DNA of 32,000 nt from an uncultured Candidatus Poseidoniales archaeon. GTDB taxonomy: Archaea > Thermoplasmatota > Poseidoniia > Poseidoniales > Poseidoniaceae. Shown here piece by piece: positions 25,847-32,000 of this stretch. A program made the position numbers and the translations under genes. Positions within the stretch are counted from its first letter, which is position 1. Each line of letters opens with the position of its first letter. The stretch lies in NCBI GenBank assembly GCA_964637985.1, contig CAZWXR010000002.1, positions 1 to 32,000 of the forward strand. The letters are read 5' to 3'. The notes below the pieces were generated by a model. The model made no database searches. It was not told where the DNA came from and saw only the letters and a list, made by a program, of their open reading frames with translations.

Positions 25847-27616
25847 ATGTCCATGATTGCACTTTTGCAAATGGATGCAACAATCGGTGCCTTGAAAGCC
25901 AACCAATCAAAATTACAACAACTCACAGGCGTTGCTGAAAGCAACAGTGCAACAATTTGCGTATCACCTGAACTCGCTATTTGTGGCTATCCTCCAAGAG
26001 ATTTGTTGTTGGAACCAGAATTTGTACGTTCATCATTTGAAGCAGCAAGAACAATTCAGCCCAAATTACCACTCCTTGTAGGCACACCTGTCCCCCCAGA
26101 ACATGAACGGAAGAAACCGACAAACGGTGTTGTCAAAGTCGAGCCTCAGACTTCATCGTCAATGATGTCAAAATCTGTTGTGGCTCACAAGCAACTCCTT
26201 CCCACCTACGATGTATTTGATGAAGCGAGGTATTTTGATGCGGACAGCAGAACTTCTCTTGTCCGTTCGATGGGAGGCTTTGACCTCGGCGTTACCGTTT
26301 GTGAAGATGCTTGGCAATCGGCTGGATTAACCCCCTCAACATACGAATCCGACCCCATCGAGCATCTATCACAATTTATTCGACAAGGTGTTGAACTCGA
26401 TGCCACTGTCAATCTGTCCGCTTCACCGTATCACCAACACAAAGGATCAACACGAATTGAGGTTTGTCGGCATGCAGCAAACACGCTTGGCCATCCGTTC
26501 TTACTCGCCAATCAAGTTGGTGGAAATGATGACCTCTTGTTCGATGGCCGTTCAATGGTCGCTTGGCCCGACGGAACGGTTGTCATTGCTCCAGCATGGA
26601 GAGAGGGCGTCTTGATTGTGGACATACATTCACCCTCCAATTGTGCTTGGATTGATGCACCATACGAGGCTGGTTTAACCATCGGTCACCAAGATACGCC
26701 GATAACACTCGCACCATCTGAAGACGGTATTGAAGGCCAAGATATCACAGAACTCGTTGAAGCGGTCACAACGGGTCTAGCAGATTATTGCAGAAAATCA
26801 AACATCAATGGTATCGTGCTTGGTCTGTCGGGCGGTATTGATTCTGCTGTCGCCGCATGCATTGCTCAATACGCTCTTGGCAGTGAGCATGTGCTTGGGA
26901 TTTCCATGCCGAGCAGATTCTCATCAGAGCATTCGAGGACGGATGCAAAACATACTGCTGTCGCACTTGGAATTAAGTTCATGAGCCATTCAATTGAATC
27001 ACTTCACGAAGCGACTGAAGCAACGATCGGCTCACAATTGTCAGAAGGATTTGCTGTTGCAGCGGAGAATGTTCAGGCTCGTCTACGTGCACTCATCGTT
27101 ATGGGTTATGCTAATTCAAAGGGTTACATGGCCATCAGCACTGGGAACAAATCAGAGATTGCCCAAGGGTATTGCACACTCTATGGCGACATGGCTGGAG
27201 GCTATTGTCCTCTGGGTGACGTGTACAAAATGGAGGTATACGCTATTGCAGAATGGTTCAACAAGAAGGCCATTGCAGAAGGAAGGGTTGCTCCCGTTTC
27301 AGAAAGCACAATGACCAAACCTCCGTCTGCTGAACTCGATGTTGACCAAAAAGACGAGGATACCCTTCCACCCTACGCAATGTTAGATGAAATCTTGCGT
27401 CACCATATCGAAGGTGGAAAATCTCAGGAAGAAATTGTTTCTCTTGGTTACGGTCAAGAGATTGTTCTCGATGTGCTAACACGATTGGAACGCAATGAAC
27501 ACAAGCGCTGGCAAATGTCGCCAGCACCTCGTGTGAGTTCACGGGCTTTCGGACAAGGCTGGCGTCGTCCACTCGCTTCACGCCATCAATGGCGAAGAGA
27601 TCAACATGAACATTGA
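25847..27616 (+). CDS. nadE: Glutamine-dependent NAD+ synthetase (CN-hydrolase glutaminase domain plus NAD synthetase domain)
   Basis: Nitrilase-type triad context: ICVSPELAICGY (Glu), KQLLPTYDVFDE (Lys), LGVTVCEDAW (Cys). PP-loop GLSGGIDSAV. Also NVQARLRA and STGNKSE. ATG at 25847; the track start 25844 is TTG. Confidence 0.9.
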   Translation: MSMIALLQMDATIGALKANQSKLQQLTGVAESNSATICVSPELAICGYPPRDLLLEPEFVRSSFEAARTIQPKLPLLVGTPVPPEHERKKPTNGVVKVEPQTSSSMMSKSVVAHKQLLPTYDVFDEARYFDADSRTSLVRSMGGFDLGVTVCEDAWQSAGLTPSTYESDPIEHLSQFIRQGVELDATVNLSASPYHQHKGSTRIEVCRHAANTLGHPFLLANQVGGNDDLLFDGRSMVAWPDGTVVIAPAWREGVLIVDIHSPSNCAWIDAPYEAGLTIGHQDTPITLAPSEDGIEGQDITELVEAVTTGLADYCRKSNINGIVLGLSGGIDSAVAACIAQYALGSEHVLGISMPSRFSSEHSRTDAKHTAVALGIKFMSHSIESLHEATEATIGSQLSEGFAVAAENVQARLRALIVMGYANSKGYMAISTGNKSEIAQGYCTLYGDMAGGYCPLGDVYKMEVYAIAEWFNKKAIAEGRVAPVSESTMTKPPSAELDVDQKDEDTLPPYAMLDEILRHHIEGGKSQEEIVSLGYGQEIVLDVLTRLERNEHKRWQMSPAPRVSSRAFGQGWRRPLASRHQWRRDQHEH

Positions 27617-27632
27617 GCGGAGTGAGGATGAT

Positions 27633-28472
27633 ATGAGCAACAATATTCTCAATATTGCAGGATACCGTTTCGTTGACCTACCCGACCGAGACGACCTCAT
27701 AGAGCCATACCAACACACCTGCCAGCGACTGCATCTCAAGGGGACAATTCTTATCGCACCTGAAGGCATCAACTTTTTTCTTGCCGGTGTAGAACAAGCG
27801 ATTGAGGATTTCATTCTCTTTCTTGAACAAGATGAACGATTCAAAGATATACCAGTCAAAAAATCATGGACATCGTATCAACCGTTCAACAGAATGAATG
27901 TACGACGAAAGAAAGAGATCATCAGCGTTGGGCTCGAAGAGGTTCGACCAGCAGAATTTACTGGCCCAAACATCAAACCGTCCGAACTCAAGCAGCTTCT
28001 CGATGGCGGGCGACCAGTTCACCTCCTCGATACCCGCAACATCTACGAAATGAAAATTGGTACATTTGAGAATGCGATTGATTTGAACATCGAATCATTT
28101 CGAGATTTCCCTGCGGCCATAAAGGCGTTGCCCGATTCAATGAAAGATGAACCTATTGTGATGTTTTGCACCGGGGGCATCCGATGTGAAAAAGCGAGTG
28201 CCATCATGCTCGATGCAGGTTTTCAAAATGTACGTCAACTGCAAGGCGGTATCCTTGGCTACTTTGAGGACGTTGGTGGCGAGCATTGGAACGGCAATTG
28301 TTTCGTTTTTGACCAGAGAGTTGCCGTTGACCCCGAACTTCAGGAAACAGGTGAAGTTGTTTGTTTTGCATGTCGAACTCCACTCACCATCGATGAGCAA
28401 AACCACGCCTCATATGTTGTTGGGCAATCTTGTCTTTACTGTGTTGAAGAACCTGTGCCTTCCATCAAATGA
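27633..28472 (+). CDS. trhO: Rhodanese-domain protein of the UPF0176/YceA family (tRNA uridine-34 hydroxylase TrhO-like)
   Basis: The N-terminus ILNIAGYRFV, the active-site loop FCTGGIRCEKAS and the C-terminal Cys cluster CFACRTPLT...CLYC are characteristic. ATG 27633 is preceded by GGAGTGAGG. The alternative ATG 27606 would overlap nadE by 11 nt. Confidence 0.85.
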   Translation: MSNNILNIAGYRFVDLPDRDDLIEPYQHTCQRLHLKGTILIAPEGINFFLAGVEQAIEDFILFLEQDERFKDIPVKKSWTSYQPFNRMNVRRKKEIISVGLEEVRPAEFTGPNIKPSELKQLLDGGRPVHLLDTRNIYEMKIGTFENAIDLNIESFRDFPAAIKALPDSMKDEPIVMFCTGGIRCEKASAIMLDAGFQNVRQLQGGILGYFEDVGGEHWNGNCFVFDQRVAVDPELQETGEVVCFACRTPLTIDEQNHASYVVGQSCLYCVEEPVPSIK

Positions 28473-30528
28473 ACACCCATTGCTTATTGTACTGCAGAAT
28501 GTTCCAGCTGTACAATTCATGTCCATATGTTCCATCGTGGGCGATGAAGAAGAGGTGTGAACTCGAAAGAATCATGTCTCCATACAAGCCAGTTTGTGCA
28601 TCGTTTGTTGTTCCGGGATAAGGATTGAAAACGAATTGAAGTTCTCCTTCATGCAAAACCCAAAGTGCTGAGGATTCAAGATTTGAGTTTTCTAAACCAT
28701 GAGCGACAATAAACAGGTGATCCCCGTATGCTTCAATGTGTCGTGGTTGCGATGATTGAATTCCTGGTCTTAATGAATCAATGGTACTGGTTCCACTTGT
28801 GCTTCCATCGGAAAAACAAAGTTCATGGCCATATGAAGGCGTGATGCAATCAAAATAGATGATGTCGTTCATGCCCACGCCACCTGCTGATTGACCGACA
28901 GCGAGATGTTGAGTTGACAATTGCATCGCCTCAAGTGTGTTGAGGTTAACCGACCACAACATTGCATCAATACCTTCAGTCACAGCATCAAAGATGAGCG
29001 TCTCGTTGAGATAATGCAAGCCAATGTTGTCCCCCAGATGTCGAAGTGTCGTATCGCTACCTTCGTATTGCATGTTGGTCAGCCACTGAAATCCTCCATC
29101 GTCGAGGAGATGAAGAATCTGTTTTTCCTCATCTTGTAACGCTACAAATGCAGTCCCATCATCAGTTCGGCACGATTCAAGCAGGACGAGGTCGTTATCG
29201 TGCGGAATATGCCAAACTGTGATGTTGTGAGCGATGGAAACAATGACTTGTTCAGCGTCGTTCAAGACAGCGCTCATGAAGAGGACGTCGTCTGAAACTA
29301 CGGCAAAGATTTCACCGAGCCTTGACATGTTGTTCATTTGTTCAAATTCAAGGGCGAGAAGTTCATCAGAAATGCCTTGTTCAATTGGGAGCAATTCCGT
29401 TGAGTTGGTCCATGTGACTTGGTTTGACTGGTTCCATATCACCACGCCATCGTTCCAAACAAGTGATTTTCGCTCAAGACTTCCGAGCAATGGAAGCACC
29501 GTCAAATCCTCGGTGTGAAGGGCCCACATTTGGACACCTGTTCCATCATCAGCATCGAAGTACACATAAGGGGTCGATGGAACATGAAGAAAGCCAGAAG
29601 TTGACCCAGGCAGACTGTCGCCCGCAGGATTGATGTCGAAAATGAGTTCTGTTGCTCCAGTTGCTAGATTCATGATATGGGGTTCACATCCTGCTATGCT
29701 GTCCACAGCAGAAAAAACCACCAATGGAGTATTTTCAACGTGCGTCATTTCTGAACATGTTGCGGCAAATGAGTTTCCACTTCCGTTCAAGATATCTGTT
29801 GACCTTAACGGCTCGTAGGTGTCAAAGCAGAGTTGGAGCGAAGAAATGATTTCGTCGCTCTGCAAGACGCCATCTTCTGCGGTGCCGGTTAATCCTCCAT
29901 CATCGATGCCAAAGGAAATCGAAATACCTCGCCAACACATCCACTCCGGTGGATGAGATTGCTCGACCAGTGCTGAATATCCAGAGGTTCCATTCGTGCC
30001 ATTTCGTCCATTTTGACCCATCGAACCGTGGCATAAAACGGATGATGAGACGGTTTCGTTCATTTGAAGCAATCCATCGAGGTCCATGTCTTGTCCTGCG
30101 TTCAGGGTAATGCCTTGACCACCACAAATCTCTGAATCTCCAGGTATGTTCTGTATGTCGAGAAGGTAAGACCGTCCATCAAGACCATCACTTCCTGATG
30201 TTCCGGGTTGGCCTTGTGGTCCACTCAGCCCTTGGAAGCCATGACAGAGGAGCGTTGATGAATCAATTTCTTCATCGCTCAATTGGCCATCGATATTTTC
30301 ATCGATGCCAACATAAATCATTTGACCACCTTCGACACAGGGGGTGATTTCTTCGAAATGTTTGGAGGTGGAGAGAATTTCTCGATGTGTTTCATCTGGA
30401 TCACCCTGTTCCATCGTCCAAATCAAAAATGAATTAAGTCCTGTGAGGGCGATAAGGAGCGTCATTCCCAGTGATCGTGCATTGATTTTTTTTGAGTTCT
30501 TTTTGCTTGATTGTTGCTTTGGAGGCAT
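28465..30528 (-). CDS. N-terminally anchored surface protein: three Cys-bracketed Asp-rich modules with collagen-like Gly-X-Y runs, followed by an ELWxxDGT-type repeat (beta-propeller-like) region
   Basis: Basic N-terminus plus TM MTLLIALTGLNSFLIWT. Modules at aa 64-120, 135-185 and 198-234. Gly-X-Y runs GLSGPQGQPGTSGSDGLDG and GSMGQNGRNGTNGTSG. Repeats resembling G-x-ELW-x-(S/T)DGTxxGT...D(I/L)xPGxxSSxP, e.g. GHELCFSDGSTSGTSTIDSLRPGIQSSQP and GCEPHIMNLATGATELIFDINPAGDSLPG, with a terminal GHELYSW. Confidence 0.75.
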   Translation of the reverse strand: MPPKQQSSKKNSKKINARSLGMTLLIALTGLNSFLIWTMEQGDPDETHREILSTSKHFEEITPCVEGGQMIYVGIDENIDGQLSDEEIDSSTLLCHGFQGLSGPQGQPGTSGSDGLDGRSYLLDIQNIPGDSEICGGQGITLNAGQDMDLDGLLQMNETVSSSVLCHGSMGQNGRNGTNGTSGYSALVEQSHPPEWMCWRGISISFGIDDGGLTGTAEDGVLQSDEIISSLQLCFDTYEPLRSTDILNGSGNSFAATCSEMTHVENTPLVVFSAVDSIAGCEPHIMNLATGATELIFDINPAGDSLPGSTSGFLHVPSTPYVYFDADDGTGVQMWALHTEDLTVLPLLGSLERKSLVWNDGVVIWNQSNQVTWTNSTELLPIEQGISDELLALEFEQMNNMSRLGEIFAVVSDDVLFMSAVLNDAEQVIVSIAHNITVWHIPHDNDLVLLESCRTDDGTAFVALQDEEKQILHLLDDGGFQWLTNMQYEGSDTTLRHLGDNIGLHYLNETLIFDAVTEGIDAMLWSVNLNTLEAMQLSTQHLAVGQSAGGVGMNDIIYFDCITPSYGHELCFSDGSTSGTSTIDSLRPGIQSSQPRHIEAYGDHLFIVAHGLENSNLESSALWVLHEGELQFVFNPYPGTTNDAQTGLYGDMILSSSHLFFIAHDGTYGHELYSWNILQYNKQWVFI
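29827..30339 (-). repeat. Three tandem copies (protein level) of a C-x-GG-x5-G-x-D-x-(D/N)-x-DG-x-L-x6-SS-x2-LC module, two followed by Gly-X-Y triplets
   Basis: The three copies are CVEGGQMIYVGIDENIDGQLSDEEIDSSTLLCHG + GLSGPQGQPGTSGSDG; CGGQGITLNAGQDMDLDGLLQMNETVSSSVLCHG + SMGQNGRNGTNGTSG; and CWRGISISFGIDDGGLTGTAEDGVLQSDEIISSLQLC. Confidence 0.7.
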
Positions 30529-30632
30529 GCGGAGGGCATTGTAATTTGAGATTCAAAGATTTCTCCTTTCATGTCAAGTCATTTGGTTTGTAAAAGGGGT
30601 GATTTGATGAACTGCGACGGGGTGGAAGTAGC

Positions 30633-32000
30633 ATGGAGAGGCCAAAGCGTCTTCAAGAACAACTTGAAGGCCTCGAAGGTAGCACTCGGCAAAAGGGTGC
30701 TCGCCTTGTCGTCGACCTTGCCATGACCGCAGGTGCTCAACGGATTATTCCCGTTGACCACGCTCACATTTCGGGCGTCTCTGTGTTGACTGGTGGACAT
30801 GGCCTTCGCCGATTCTTAGCAGATTTGGAATGCAATGAAGGTCAGGGTGTGAGCATCCCAACGACCCTAAATTCAGCGGGTTGTGACGCGGAGAAATTTG
30901 AAGAAATGGGTATCTCCGTACCAAATTTTCTCGAGGCACAATTTGAAATTATCCATGCTTATTCGTCTTTAGGTATACAAGCAACATTGTCATGCACGCC
31001 TTATGACCGTGGCATTGAAGTTGAATCGGGTATTGGGAGTTGGGCTGAATCAAACGCCGTATGTTTTGCAAACACATGGTCATCTTTGATGACAAATAGA
31101 GAGTCTGGACTTTCTGCACTCGCAACTGCACTGACTGGATACGCACCGGAATGGGGATTGCATCTTTCTCAACATCGACAGCCAAACATCCTTGTTCATC
31201 TTGATTGTGAGTTACATCACCTCTCAGACTGGTCAATCTTTGGAGATTGGATTGGGAAGCAGGTCCGGCCAGAATGGAATGTTCCTTTTGGACCGATGCC
31301 GTACGTCATTGGAGCCCCTTCGCACATGTCGTTTGGTATGAAGAAAGCACTCACTGCGGCTGCTGCAAATTACGGCACACCGATGCTTTGGGTGCATGAA
31401 CATTCTACTGATGGGATTCTATCTGTCGACCAACGTGGTCACCCTATCCTCAACGATGGAGAATGGCAAGGCGTCCTTCGTTTTACCGAGGATGACCTTG
31501 AACAACGTTATCTTGAACTTGAACCAAAACAAAGTGTAGATTTGGTTGTGATTGGCTGTCCTCAAGCGAGCCTCGAGGAAATTCGAATCACTGCCGCCTC
31601 AGTTCGAACGTTCTCTGAAATGGGTCAAAGATTAGACGAGCATCGACTATGGTTGTTTACAAGCAAAGAAAATTACGAACTTGCAGTATCTGATGGTAGC
31701 ATTGACATTCTTGAGCAAGCAGGTGTTCTCATTCTCAAAGATACATGCCCTGAAGTAACACCATACAACCGTGAAAAATACAAACATCTCTTGACAAATT
31801 CAATGAAGGCTGAGCACTATCTCACCAGTGGTCTCAACCGTCTGAAGACAAGCGTCGCCTCCATTCATGATTGTGTGAAAGAGGCTTTTCTTCCAACAGA
31901 GTTTGATGAAATGAACAATGAGTTTGAACACAAGAGCCCTCCGCCGACACTACAATCAACAAAGACAATTCAAGAAGGAGAGTTTTCTTCAAAAGGAAAG
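30633..32000 (+). CDS. Aconitase-X family protein (DUF521 catalytic domain: phosphomevalonate dehydratase large subunit or cis-3-hydroxy-L-proline dehydratase type); the 3' end lies outside the window
   Basis: Hand translation from the ATG at 30633 gives 456 codons with no stop to base 32000; an in-frame TGA lies at 30600-30602 upstream. Family-typical motifs: LEGLEGSTRQKGARLVVDLAMTAGAQRIIPVDHAHISG, ATLSCTPYD, AESNAVCFANT, VVIGCPQAS, LKDTCPEV, NSMKAEHY. Not present in the supplied ORF track. Confidence 0.8.
   Translation, partial: MERPKRLQEQLEGLEGSTRQKGARLVVDLAMTAGAQRIIPVDHAHISGVSVLTGGHGLRRFLADLECNEGQGVSIPTTLNSAGCDAEKFEEMGISVPNFLEAQFEIIHAYSSLGIQATLSCTPYDRGIEVESGIGSWAESNAVCFANTWSSLMTNRESGLSALATALTGYAPEWGLHLSQHRQPNILVHLDCELHHLSDWSIFGDWIGKQVRPEWNVPFGPMPYVIGAPSHMSFGMKKALTAAAANYGTPMLWVHEHSTDGILSVDQRGHPILNDGEWQGVLRFTEDDLEQRYLELEPKQSVDLVVIGCPQASLEEIRITAASVRTFSEMGQRLDEHRLWLFTSKENYELAVSDGSIDILEQAGVLILKDTCPEVTPYNREKYKHLLTNSMKAEHYLTSGLNRLKTSVASIHDCVKEAFLPTEFDEMNNEFEHKSPPPTLQSTKTIQEGEFSSKGK

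Noticed and set aside
27606-27632. An earlier ATG for trhO that overlaps nadE by 11 nt.
   Set aside because: It is possible but less likely. The downstream ATG at 27633 has a GGAGTGAGG motif in front of it and gives the family-typical N-terminus MSNNILNIAGYRF. It is kept as an alternative start, not a separate feature.
30607-30726. A 39-codon upstream ORF (MNCDGVEVAWRGQS...) with a very good Shine-Dalgarno site (AGGGGTGAT, 5 nt upstream), overlapping the AcnX start in another frame.
   Set aside because: The AcnX N-terminus aligns convincingly from the ATG at 30633, which has its own GGTGGA motif. The small ORF has no recognisable features and could be chance. I cannot test conservation without homologues. 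It would only be worth revisiting if ribosome profiling or conservation supports it.
1-32000. A search by eye for tRNA or rRNA genes, CRISPR repeats, IS elements or terminal inverted repeats, integrases, toxin-antitoxin pairs and known defence genes.
   Set aside because: No intergenic region exceeds about 110 bp. No repeated 25-40-nt units are visible, and no transposase, integrase, recombinase or nuclease-helicase defence-type ORFs are present. The window looks like core chromosome rather than an accessory island.

Overview
This is a very gene-dense chromosomal segment, roughly 98% coding by my coordinates. I count 21 protein-coding genes, two of them cut by the window edges. I found no rRNA or tRNA, no CRISPR array, no transposase or integrase, and no long non-coding stretch; the longest intergenic gaps are about 105-110 bp.

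Gene content falls into three groups:
- Housekeeping: cysS, ileS, glutamine-dependent nadE, mutY, thioredoxin, trhO-like rhodanese, a class-I glutamine amidotransferase (GATase), an SDR-family reductase, and the C-terminal half of a CCG-type Fe-S oxidoreductase.
- Metal homeostasis: a NikR-family regulator divergent from a ZIP permease.
- Large secreted or membrane-anchored proteins, which are unusually frequent here: a lamin-tail-domain (LTD) amidohydrolase, an S15 peptidase lipoprotein, a BNR-propeller lipoprotein, a 1695-aa surface protein, and a collagen-like/ELWxxDGT-repeat protein.

One long ORF at the 3' edge (30633..32000, aconitase-X/DUF521 family) is missing from the supplied ORF track because it has no stop codon inside the window.

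The organism is probably a marine planktonic archaeon of the Marine Group II/III type. The evidence is C-terminal single-TM anchors on the surface proteins, lipobox lipoproteins, a TATA-like box about 25 nt upstream of a start codon, and a MutS-like paralogue with an HhH N-terminus. This is inference only: the window holds no domain-diagnostic marker, and several genes look bacterial in type.

I see no defence island or mobile element. The features most worth follow-up are:
- the NikR-like/ZIP unit with a 7-N16-7 dyad
- the duplicated His/acidic module in the ZIP loop
- the anchored ecto-amidohydrolase
- the Trp-rich cytoplasmic tail of the giant protein
- the possibly fused AcnX gene
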